From assembly GCA_043228905.1 (NCBI GenBank), contig JBHGNT010000010.1, forward strand, positions 15,686,001-15,750,000: a stretch of 64,000 nt of DNA. Direction: 5' to 3'. Position 1 is the stretch's first letter, and each line of letters opens with the position of its first letter. The notes below the pieces were generated by a model. The model worked only from the letters and a program-made list of their open reading frames with translations. It made no database searches and was not told where the DNA came from. The stretch comes from Azolla caroliniana. Its lineage: Eukaryota > Plantae > Polypodiophyta. Positions 25,505 through 37,580 of the stretch are shown here, piece after piece. The translations under genes and the position numbers were made by a program.

Positions 25505-28260
25505 ATTGTAAGACAACTAATTGGACCCAAATGGGTGATAAATGCACAACTGAATTTTTTCATGCAATGAAACCCAATCATATTGTTGTTTCACTAAAAC
25601 AACTACATCATGAGAATGGGGCCATCTCATTTGAGCCTCAAGTAATAAGAGAGATAGCCACATGATACTATGCCAACCTATTATCATTTGTTTCCTTTTC
25701 CGACGAGGATTTAACAAGTCAATCTTGTGTATGGAATAAGTTGAATCCTTGAAGAACAACACAAGATATGAATGCGTGTCTTCAAGACATTCTTACTTAT
25801 GATGAATTGAGTGAAGCACTTCAGGCTTTGCCTAAAAATTGTTGTCCAGGTATGAATGGTCTAACCCCAACGTTCTTCATTAAATATTGGGACTTGTTCT
25901 GAAAGCAGATTTATGTACAACATTCCAACAAATTCTTCGAGAGGGTAGTATGCCTTCACATTTTATAGAAGCACTAATTTACCTTATCCCTAAATCAAAC
26001 GGTTCTTCACTAGACATCAAGAAATGGCGTCCGATTACACTATTGATATATGGTGTATAAAATCCTAGCTAAAGCAATTAGTATACAACTTAGTACTATA
26101 ATGCCTATAGTTATTCATCCGACTCAAATAGGATTAATTTGAGAAAGGAGCATTTTGGATACTGTTTGTAAATTTTGGGAATCTGTTGCCTTAGTAGCCA
26201 AATCTAATCAAAAGTTGGCCATTGTTATGCTTAATTTTGAGAAAGCTTACGATTGGGTTGGTTGGGAATTTTTGCAAGGTGTATTGGCTCGTTTTGGTTT
26301 TTTGCAAGAACGGATAAGAGGTCTTCATTATATAATTCTGCACAGAGCCAAGTCTTATTAGTTGGGAATTATGGCCCTTTGTTTTCGATTTCTCGATCAT
26401 TTCGCCAAGGTTGTCCTTTGGTTCCCTTCCTGTTTATGTTTTTTTGCTGAGGCAATGATTTCTTTTCTTAATGTTGGTGATATTGGTATATGTGGACTAT
26501 GCATCCCACTCTCAAATATAGAAGTAAGGGACGTTGACTTTGCAGATGACACTGCCCTATATGTACTTACAAGGTGTTTTGGAAAATCTCCAAAAAATAA
26601 AATTGGCCATATCCACATTCTGTAAGGCTTCAGGTGCACTAGTCAATTGGAACAAGTCCTTTGCATTTTGGGTGGGGAATGTAGACCCTCCTTTATTGAA
26701 TCCACATCTGCAATTTCGGTGGATACCATCAGGTTTCTTGGTTTGGTACCTAGGATGTATGATAGGTATCGATCTTTTGTTGGAAAATCAAGTGGCATCC
26801 CTCCTTGTGTCATTGCGGAAAAAGTTGTTATTATGGAGTTCAGCCAAGGTGTCTTTTGATGGTCGGATTGTAGTTGCCAATCAAGTCTTATTGGCTTCAA
26901 CATGGTATGTTCTATCTTGTTGGATATTCTCCAAGTCATGTATTTTGAAAATACCGAGACTGATTCATAATTTCTTGTGGTCTAGTAAAACAGAAGGCAA
27001 TGCTCAGTCTAAAGTAAACTGGGACGTTATTACCTTACCTCATTCTAAAGTGGGATTAGGTATATATTGATCTAGTAGACCAATCAAGAGCATTGTTAAG
27101 TAAGATGCTCATTAGAGGATTTACTTTGGGGCAAGAGATATGGAAAGTATTATTACTTGACCGTTGTTTAGATTGCTCTCTCGCTTAGGTGCCTTTTGGT
27201 CGAAGGATGTAAACTGGATATTTAGGGAAAATTTCCAAGTACCTTCAACCAATAGATGGGAAGACAAGTTTATTAGGACACTATTTTAAACATGGAAACA
27301 AGTATTATCTGGTTTGCTTCGCAATAAACCCAACCCCAAACATTACTTTGAGCATCTCAAACGAAGGATAGTCTGGAACCCACTATTTACAACATTAGAT
27401 AGTTTAGTGTTGGGTTCTAGACAATGGCCATCGTGGGGGAAAATGACAGAAGGTCCTAAGAAATTAGTTGGGACATGGCAAGAATTTTTATCGTGTTCAT
27501 GGGAAGAGCAAAAAGAAATCCTAGGTAATACGCATGGCGATCAAATAATGTATCAACAAATTCAAGAAGCTATGAGTAAACTCCCCATACCACCCAATAA
27601 CTCTAACCATAGATGGGTTGGGGTTTTTTCAAGATTGGAAGTACTCTTGACTGTTAAGGGCTATTCAAAGGATAAGGCCTACCAGTTTTTTGAGGTGGAT
27701 GGAACAAATCACTTGTCTTAGTTGGGGGAAATGGTGATAGATTACCCTTATGCTATTGAACACAAGATAAGGGTCATCGGATATGCCAATGATATGCCAA
27801 TCGTAAATGGTATATTGATCCATTGATAGAGGAAATAAGGGCACATTGGAAGTTGTGGGTGTTGGCTAAAAAACCGGTATTCCGATTAGATTGGGACCCA
27901 ATTGATTATCGGTGGATATATCCTTTTACGAGTAACAAGTTCAATTTCTTCCAATATTATGTATCGTTAGGAAGACATGTGCTTTTAGATACACGGGATG
28001 TGTTACCGGTTGCATTTCAATATTGGAATCAACAAGGTATCACTCCCCAATTCCTTGCAAACTTTTGGGTTATCTTATGGGCAAGAAAACATCCACACCA
28101 AATATTGCATGTACAATGGTTACTTGTACATCGAGCCTTGTCGGTTGGCACATGATTGCATAGGATGGGCATATATTTTGGTTGTGCTCGATACCATTTA
28201 CAAACGGAAACTCAAAAACATTGTTTATGGGATTGTTTACCAACATTTGGCCTGATCACA
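25505..28260 (+). mobile_element. L1/Tx1-like LINE ORF2 (RT to zinc-finger), heavily disrupted
   Basis: Motifs in order across frames: WTQMGDKCTTEFFH, LIPKS...KWRPITL, NFEKAYDWVGWEFL, RQGCPLVP, DFADD, YLG, GRIVVANQVLLASTWY, WLLVHRAL, ETQKHCLWDC. Confidence 0.9.
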
Positions 28261-28399
28261 TTGGGATTGTTTACCAACAAGTTACTGCTATCATCATGTA
28301 TTTGCATTTGGCCCCGACCACATTGGGATTGTTTACCAACAAGTTACTACTACATACATACTTTACCTGGCTGGCTTTTTAGATAGATATGTATGTACA

Positions 28400-29090
28400 T
28401 ACATGATACTACATACATACATACATACATACATACATACATACATACATAGTTAGAGAGGGAGAGGGGGAACCCATGGAGAGAGAGAGACATGGGTTCT
28501 CTCTCTCTCTCTCTCTCTCTTCCATTGTTTATTCATATTGATTGCCCCATAAAGAAACAGAGGAGAGAGAGAGAGAGAGGTAAGAGAGAGAGAGGGGAAC
28601 AGAGGAGGGTAATAATAGATAGTATTAGAGATAGATAACACAGAGAGAAAAGAGAAGCAGAGACCCTTTCCCCTGCCTTCCCTATATGTACATATCCATT
28701 ATTAATTTACTGCACATGTAAAGAAAGAGAGAAACTACACAGAGGACATATTTATGTATGTTTTAGAGGCGAAACAGGGGAAAGAAAGAAAGGAGAGAGA
28801 GAGAGAGAGAGAGAGATTGATGGATATCTCTTTTGGGTCTTCTCCTAGAGAGCCAGAAACAGAGGAGAGAGAGAGGAATCTCTTGCGGGTCTTCAGATAT
28901 GTACACATGTATGCGTCATCTAGAGGAGAAACAGAGAGAAAGAGGCACACAGAGTAGAGTAGAGAGAGAGAGAGAGAGAGAGAACTTTTGAGTCTTAAAA
29001 TATATACGTGTGTGCGTGTATCTTTGGGTCTTCTCTTAGAGGGATTTAGATAATCTTTGCTTGTTCAGAGAGAGAGAGAGAGAGAGACCT
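28400..29090. repeat. (TACA)n and multiple (GA)n/(CT)n tracts upstream of the Atos-like gene (likely promoter/5' leader)
   Basis: Direct reading of the tracts. GA/CT-rich leaders are common at plant gene starts. Confidence 0.7.
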
Positions 29091-29826
29091 ATTGCGGGTC
29101 TTTCTCTTTTGTATTGTGTGAATAGGTTCTTCAAGGAGAGCTATGGTGTATACCGCCCACACCAGATCATCCACAAATCCTAACAAAATAGAAGAAGAAA
29201 GAATACATTCCGTCTTTCCAATTGCCGACAAATCTGAACCCCCGGGGGTAGCTAGTGATGAAAGAATTGATCAATTAGGAGGCAGGTCAATATCTTTTTA
29301 ATGTCCACCTGTTGCAAACTCTATGGGACAGGGTCGAGCCTATGCGGAGGATTGAACTTAAGTTCTCTCAAATTTAGGATTTTGGCCTGACAGAGAGATG
29401 ATGATATCTTAAACTCCTGAGAAGGCCAAATATGACGATGATGCAATTGTAAAGTTCTCGGAAGGCCAGATAGAGAGGTAAGGATGATGGTATTTTAACA
29501 TCTAGAAGGTTAGAAACACAGAGAGAGAGAGAGAGAGATTTGAAGAACTGTATATTTTGGAAAATCAAGAAACCCTAACATAACAAATCTCACAATGATA
29601 AGGAATATAGCCCCAAAACAATGATAAAGGATATCCGCAAGCAATGAAAGAAATTTCAGCCTGAAATGTTAACTTTTATAACTTTTGATGTGGGCTATGG
29701 ATGATCGGAGAATGAAGAAATTGGAATATTGGTTTAGGCTATGGAATATTGGAAAAATATGTGATTATTGATTGGGTTGGGTTGTGGAAAGTGAATATAT
29801 AGATATCTGTTTTGGCTATTCCATCA

Positions 29827-32800
29827 ATGGGTTTGCTTCAGAATCCTTGTGGGTCTCTTGATGATGATGAAGAAAGTGATAGAAGAGACATCAAGGTTAA
29901 TCCGAAACCTACCTCTTGGAGAGGAGGAAATATAATGAATTCAAATGGCTTTCAAAATAGTCATAATCTAATCAGGAACAAAGGGTTTGATGGGTTGCAA
30001 AATTCTACTCGTAGTGAGCTTTTGTTTTCAAACAAAGTTCACTCTTTAAATGATCAGAATGTAAATACAAGCGATCCCATGGCCATTGTGTATGGTTTTG
30101 ACGCGTTCTCTTCTTTAGAAGGCCAATGGAAACATGGGGATTTGGCCACCCAAAAAGCATATTTGATGCATGATAATGGGTCTTCTATCAGAAGAAGGAC
30201 AAATTCCCCCCTTTCAGATTTGTTGACATGTGTCCAAAACGTCATGGCCGGACATATGGAATCTAATGTATCAATCAAAGAATATGACAATAAAACTCGA
30301 CAACCTGGGGAATCAAGTGGTCCTAATGTTAGTCTTTTGTTGGAAGATATACCTACTGGGGTTTCAGTCAATCAATCACCATATCTAAATGGAAATAAGA
30401 GCAACCCATTATGCATTCCTTTATCGCATAGGGATGCAATCAAGCCCTGTTATGCCTCTTTACAGACAGATGGCCCTGTCTTGAATGAGAAGGAAGTATT
30501 TGCTTTACACCAAGGTGAGAAGACCCAATATCATTTGCATCAACAAGAATCCCCTCCACTAGGTTTTGGACAACATGGTAACAAGTGTATATCTGGAACT
30601 TCATACCACTCTTATTCACAACCTTATGCATCACCTAGCCTATCATTATCGCCTCTTGGTCCAAACCGCCTATTGAATGCAGTGTATAATTCAAATCCTC
30701 TTCAAGGTGGAAATTCTGTTTATGGCTTTGATGTATCCCCTATGAAGTTCACTCCTCCAATGAGAACTATATTGAAAGATTCCAGGATACATGGAATTGG
30801 GAATCGAACACAGGACTTACAATATGATGATGGACATGATGAAGCTTATTCTCAGCCTTACATTACATGCAATCACAATATTTGCCAATGGGGAACAACC
30901 CCTCCAAAGAATGTAGGATATAGAAGCAAGGCTATAGCCAATATGAGGAGATCCTTGGTTGGATCTTTTGAAGAATCTTTGCTTTCTGGTAGGCTTTTAT
31001 CGGCAAAGCCTTGTCAGGTAATTTGTTGTCTAAAAACGCTTGTTAATGAAACTAACCAAATGCTAGTTTTTTATATTTAAATCTAGTAAATGCTCGTTAT
31101 TGATAATTATGCCGTAGAAAATCCGTGTTTGTTGGTACAAAAATGTTATGCTACTTAAATCTCACAAAAGTTTTTTGTTATTGAATTGAAACAAACCAAA
31201 ATTTTTGTTCTTCGTACTTACATAGTGTGATTTGCATGAGAATGAAGGTTATGTCTGATAATGTTGGTGAAAACAATGGGCATGTAATTAGTTTCTCATT
31301 GAATGCATTCCAATTTTCTTATTGTTATTATTATGAAATTTGTTGAATGCAGAAGCTGGAAGGGTTTTTATCATTCCTTAGCATTACAGGTGGCTGTTGG
31401 TCTCCACCTTTACAAAAACTGCCATTTTCTGTTACTTGTGTTGATGGGCTACTATATTATGCATCGATTAATCTTGCTGGAAATTCTGTCAAGAAGAGAG
31501 GAAAGACCAATCAGTGCAAAAAGAATGATTCTCTTGATGATACTGCCATTGGTAAAAATCGGTTTAGAATTCCTGTCCGTGGCCGAGTTCAATTGGTAAC
31601 AAATATGTAGCTTTAATGTATGAGCTTAAGTTTTATATATACATATGCATGTGAATATACAGAATAAATATGTGCACATTCATATGCATATGCATACATG
31701 GATATCCATATCCCTACACATGTACTTATACTAATACATATGCATATGCATATAAAGAACATTTGTACATCTATTTATCGATATGGAATTTTCCTTTGTT
31801 AGGTTCTCAGTAATCCAGAAATGACACCTGTACATACATTTCTGTGTAATTATGATTTGTCAGACATGCCCCCTGGAACAAAGGTATGCCACTTCTATAA
31901 TATATCAATTCAAATGTTTATCTTTTGGTACGTTTAAGAGCTCAAATTATTCTTTAAATTTGTCAGCTGCTTATCATTTTAATATTTATGACAGACATTC
32001 TTACGGCATAAAGTATTTCTGTTAACATCCAAATCCCTGGGAAAGACTTACAATGGATCCATTGTTTCGGCAAAAGGCGACACATACAAACTGTCATCAT
32101 GTAACAACACTTTGTACAGAAGTAATGATGCATCTATTCCTATCACAACTGCAATCAACAAAATAAATGTGAATATCGAAGATGGAAAATTGGAAGACAT
32201 TGTTTCTCCCACCCATCTTATCGATACCTTCTCGGCCATTGGCGGCCTATTGACTAATCCTCGTAACCATCCTCACATGAATAACATGAATGTGACAGCA
32301 CCAAAGGAAAATGAAGGGTCTGGTTTTGATGAAACCACCTATAAAGATTATTATGATGTCGAACCAGAACATAGTAATAGTAAACAAAACATGCCGAATA
32401 GGCATGCATCAACTATCAATTTGGATGAAATGACCCGTAGAGAGGATCATGGCATCAAGCTGGAACAAAGTGATAGTACGAAAAAGATACCTAATTGGCA
32501 TGTACCAAATTCTAGTAACTTACATGCTAAAAAAGGTTCTGAAGATGTAGGAGGTAGTAGTGTATTGCGCTATGCTCTGCATCTTCGTTTTGTATGTCCC
32601 TCTCTGAAGACACCTAGAAAAGCAAAGGAGGCAGCACTCAATTGCTCTTCTGTATCTATGGACAGTCAGGATAATCTACTGGAGGATAAAAGGCGGTTTT
32701 ATTTGTATGGTGATCTTCGTGTCGTCTTTCCTCAAAGGCAATCGGATTCCGATGAAGGAAAGGTTGGTTCAATAGGAGCTTTTCCACTCTTTTTACGTAT

Positions 32801-33814
32801 CCAAGGACATTTTTTTAGTGTTAAGGATGCATGTTTCAATTTTTATGTTCAATGCCTTATGATTTCATGATGCATTAATAATATGAAAAGAAAAATACCA
32901 AATCTTGATCGAGTGATACCTTTTCTGAGGTTTTTCCTACAAAATAATGTTAAAATGGAGTAAAATATCACATGTGAAACTGTCTCTTGTGTCTCCAATG
33001 CTCTTGGATTTTGTCAAAGTTTTTTGTGAAGGTTTCTGACTTTATGAATGCATTCATTTGGAGCCTAAGTTTTAGCATGTTGAAATGTTCGTATTTCAGG
33101 TTTGACCTATTTTCAACCATCACTTCATATTATTTTTGTTTTTGTTCAATAGAGAACTCCATAAAAGCTCGAATTTTTCATAGGCTTGTAGGAACAAAGC
33201 ATTTTTGAGGCAAATAATTTGTTTCTTTGAGTTGGAAATGGTATGAAGAAAATATAGAAATGGACAAATGCTCCTCAGTCATCTATTTATAGTTGGTGAA
33301 ATTGGCCCTCAAATTTGAAGGTATGGTCTGAACATAAACCTAGCTTTTAACCATTGAGACTTAGATAGGCACACGTCAGTATATAAGACATCATCATTCT
33401 TTGGCACCTAAGTCAAGGTGTTACCACTGTGCTCAAAATAAAATAACAAACTTGAGCAAATTAAACAAAAGTAACAAAAAACTAAGAGGTTTTACTCTCC
33501 CCCCAATGGTAATCTTCTGATTTGAGGCCAATCGGATGGCTGGAGGGATTTGTGCATCTGATACTGAACCAATGATTGTCTAGCACCATATCGTGTGTTG
33601 GGTATGTGTGCACAACTGTAGAGCTTGAGCAAACCACCGTAGAAAATGTGTGATGTGAGATTATCTAGCCCTTTATATCTATGCATGCATGTATATATGT
33701 ATATGTATGTTGATTTAACATCGTGAATTAACTCTCTCCTTGTTCAATATTCTACAGTTACAAGTGGAGTATGATTTGCCTGCAGACCCAAAATACTTTG
33801 ATTATTGCAGCTGA
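29827..33814 (+). CDS. FAM214/Atos-like protein (DUF4210 plus C-terminal Chromosome_seg-type domain)
   Basis: Exons 29827-31017, 31353-31595, 31803-31883, 31995-32762 and 33758-33814 (TGA), all GT-AG and phase 0. Motifs: MGLLQ start, [129 protein letters not shown]. Confidence 0.92.
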
Positions 33815-35139
33815 CTATGATTGCATAGGTTGGAGGAAATCTTTTCTTCATCCTTAATATGGGTTCATCCTATACATAATCTGTATATATTCTCCTCCAT
33901 ATAGATCTTTACATTTCCTGCATGTTTCCAATGCGACAGCATTTGCACCATTTCAAAATTTCTTCTTATAAAAATAATATGATGGATTCTTCCATGTTTA
34001 TTATTGGAATGCTTTCAAAAGTGTCCAAAGTTTCTTTGATTTTTACCTGGTTCGTTTGGCAATTAATAAAACATGAAGGGAGTTGCAATCTTTATGTCAA
34101 CGGTGATCATTGATGTGTATAAAATGTGGATTATGTTATGTTAGTTTGTGCTAGTGCATCATATGAAATCTTATTGATGTGTATTTACTCAATTGATCCA
34201 CTGCATATTGCTTAAGTTCGGATATTTATCCAAACCTTTATCGATGTGTATCCAAATCATATATTTTATATGTTTTGATAATTATAACAATGTATCAATT
34301 ATTTTGTTAATGACATGTTTGTGTATGATTATATGCCTAATTCATATTTGCATTGTTTTAGGTAGTTCACATTCCATTTTGTTTGATTGGTTGTTACCAA
34401 CTCTGAGTTTGATTCTGTACAAAATTAGGGCTCAGAAGTCTATTTTCCTCTTGCATATGGATCTGGTGTCTTACTTGTGCTCAATGTTTTGTTCACTCAT
34501 CTCTCTATTCTCCTTTGAATATAGATGGTATTCTTTGTGGGATTTTTTATGTGTATATTCTTCATATTATTTTGGAAGGTCATTATCTTGTTGATGCTCG
34601 TTACTGTGGTGCTTGATGTGCAGTGTTTAAGGATGTAATGCGTTTAGGCTGTATGTATGCATAGTTCATCCAACCTCTCTTGGAGTTCCTCTTCAATAAT
34701 GTTTTTCTCTCATATGTAGTTGTCATGAGTTCATGTTCATGATTGTATTGCTCTGAACCATGTATACATTTCCGTAATGGATGTAATAGTCCTGTATCTC
34801 TTTGATGATTTCTTGCATTTGGCAATCTAAATACTATCAATCATTATTGTGATGCGAACTAGGAGCATTGATGAGTGGTTTTGTATTCTCATGATACGAA
34901 TGAGGAGCACTATCACAATTTCTTGCATTTGAGAAAGGGCATTGATTGGTGATGTTACTGATGTGAACAATGGTTATTGATAATAGTGTAACAATGTCAT
35001 GTAGATACACAAGATAATATCAAATTCAGGTTACTAAGTGATTCTCTAGTTCTGGTGGGTTAATTATGGATTGACACAAAGGTTAGATTCACCACTCGCA
35101 CCACTGTCGTGTAGAGAACATGAATGGGAGGAAGATTGG

Positions 35140-35372
35140 TTGATTGGGGAGCCAAGAATGGATCAACATATAATCACTACTTTTATTATCCAAGGACATG
35201 TATGGGATATTATTGAGAATGAGAGGAGAATTGATTAATGGGTGAGTCAAGAATGGATCAACGTATACTCATTGCTTCTTGTCATGTTGAGACATGAATG
35301 GGTTTTATTGATAATGAGAGGAGAGTTGATAAATGGGTTAGCCAAGAATGCAACAAACATACATTCACTACT
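35140..35372. repeat. Diverged ~95-bp tandem repeat (~2.4 units)
   Basis: G(C/T)CAAGAATG...AACATA..TCA.T.CT starts at ~35151, ~35246 and ~35341, with ATGAGAGGAGA.TTGAT.AATGGGT between copies. Confidence 0.8.
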
Positions 35373-35646
35373 TGGGCCACACCGATGCGATATTGACCCA
35401 ACGACAATTTTTTTTTTTAAGAATGACAATAAGGATCTTAAAGATTAAGCGAGAGACATATGCTATCTGTGAAGACCGGCTTGGCTCGTCACATGGGTAC
35501 CAATGTGTTTATTGATTCTCCTCCCATTATTCGGAGAGTTCATGGTTTCATACCTTCGTGTCTTTCATGCTTCGAGAGCTCTATCTCACACGAGTCATGA
35601 CCATGTGATGGGCCAACATGAACACATACATACATGATTAGCAATA

Positions 35647-35745
35647 GGCCCGGTTCGGTTTCGGTTCAGCTGAGTTCAGTTTTTTGGCATTGAAACCAAA
35701 CCAAACCGTTTAAAATTATGAAGCCATTTAAACCGAACCATAGAT
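35647..35745. mobile_element. CGGTT/AACCG-rich MITE-like remnant in the NdhN promoter
   Basis: Clustered CGGTT/CAGTT followed by AACCA/AACCG motifs. A related inverted tract lies at 62376-62560. Confidence 0.45.
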
Positions 35746-35884
35746 CATAAATCGTAGTATTAGTGTGATTCTTCTTCTGGGGCCATAAGTTGGAGATAAG
35801 AGAACAAAGAGAGAGAGAGAGAGAGAGATGGCATAGCACAGAGGAGGGGGGCTGTTCTCCTCTTGCCACCATAACTCCATAGCT

Positions 35885-37580
35885 ATGGAGCTAACTCTAA
35901 GTTTGCCCATATCTTCAGCACTAACCAAATCAAACCCTTGTCTCCCGTTCAAAACACCTTCTCATGCCAAGCTATGGAGGAGTGGTCACATTACAAGGAA
36001 CAGAGCAGCCATAAATAATCGAAGAACCAGCCAGAGGAGCAGTAAAGTGCTGTGTGGGATAGAGGATTTCATCGGTGGGGATCTTCTTGGGTTCGATCTC
36101 GGCCAATGGGAAGAGGATGTGGAGAAACATGGGGCGCTGGCATTCTATGCACCCCATGAGGGTGGATATGAGGGGCGATATGCGACGCGCCTCAAAGGAA
36201 AAGGTTACCATTTCCTTGACCTTACTGCGAGAGGCCTCGGTGATGTTGAGGCATACTTGTCGAAGATCCATGGTGTCCGTCCGGTAAGTCCAATTTTATT
36301 TTAGGGTTAAGGGCCCTTTTTTCTTTTTTCTTTTTAAGGTTACGGTAGCTAGGCCGTGATTGACAAAGACCCATGTTGTTTGTCCTGTGATTTCAATTTA
36401 ATACAGTTTAGGATTATGGTTTGAGTGTTTAATACGGTTTAAGATTATGGTCGAGTATTTAATACGGTTTAGGATTTCAATTTAATAGGGTTTAGGATTT
36501 AGGTTGGAAATTTCATGCAAATGCATGCTGTTGAAGATCATAGTATATGTGTGATGAATTCAATTTATGGTTTATTAGGGGGTTAAGGTTAAGTTTGGAG
36601 TAGGGATTTAAAAGTAGGGCTTGGGGTCTATAGTTTAGAGTTTTAATTTGTCAAAATCCATCTTATTATGGTTTTATTATGTGGAACCATATGTGTGGAA
36701 GATCCAGTGTTTTGGTTTAAGATTATTTTTTCATTCCTTCAAAATCCATGTTGCCATTATGGCATGTCGATATTATGTGGATGAGAATTTGTTGAAAATC
36801 TTTTGGCCTTAACCTTGCTAGTACTCGTGGTAAGTCTACATTAGGTTGGAGGTTCAGGCTTAGGATTCGGGTTAGGGGTAAGTTTAGGGTAAGTGTTATT
36901 ACCCACTTCATTTCTTAAAATCCATGGTGATTTTATTGTATTTCTTAATGCAGCCTCATTTAGGAAAGCAAAAAACTGTTTGCTGGTACTACCCTCCGGA
37001 GATTGATTATAGGCTCTCTCTGCTTCCCGAGAACAGCAAAGGGCTCATTCTATGGCTCATTGAAGCAAAGGTAATGAAAAACAAAGTTTCAATTTCATGT
37101 TGTTGGGGATCATTAGACTTTGGAAATGAAAAAGCATTTAAAAACGGTTTTTTTGAAGCTGTTTGGAAATGCTAGCTCTCTCACAATATTCTTTCTTACA
37201 TGTAAAGGTGCTTTCTAAGAGTGAGCTGCAATATCTAGCCCTTTTACCAACAATACAGCCGAAAGTGAAAGTTATCGCAGAGTGTGGAACATGGTAAGTC
37301 ATTTTATTTATAGACTTGATTGTTATTGTTAAGTTTGCATATAACACTCAACCCTAAACCCCTTAACCATGAATCCCTAAACTCTAAAAGCCTAAAACCC
37401 TAAACACTTCAACTCCAAACCCCTCAACCCTAAAACTTCTAATTCTTAACCCGTTAACCCTAAACCACTAAAGTGTGAACCCTAAAATTACGATTTTTCT
37501 GTAGGAGGAAAGTCCGATGGAAGCCTTTGAGAGAAATAGCTGGGCTCGACTTGCCACCAGTAGTGGGTACCACCACCTAA
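35885..37580 (+). CDS. ndhN: NAD(P)H-quinone oxidoreductase (chloroplast NDH complex) subunit N, nuclear-encoded with transit peptide
   Basis: Exons 35885-36283, 36954-37070, 37208-37293 and 37505-37580 (TAA). Ser/Thr/Arg-rich N-terminus, then DFIGGDLL..DLG.W..DVEKHGALA.Y.PHEGGYEGRY, GYHFLDLTARGLGD.E.YL.K.HGVRPPHLGKQ, KGLILWLIEAKVLSKSELQYLALLP, KVKVIAECG.WRKVRWKPL. Confidence 0.96.
37341..37486. repeat. Degenerate (CCCTAAA)n telomere-like tract filling NdhN intron 3
   Basis: Repeated ACCCTAAA and variants. Opposite-polarity TTTAGG(G) tracts occur in intron 1 (about 36400-36640 and 36840-36899). Confidence 0.8.

Noticed and set aside
29255-29425. Box C (RTGATGA) and box D (CTGA) motifs suggesting C/D snoRNAs
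   Set aside because: Spacing is unsuitable, and I see no terminal stems or recognisable rRNA-antisense element.
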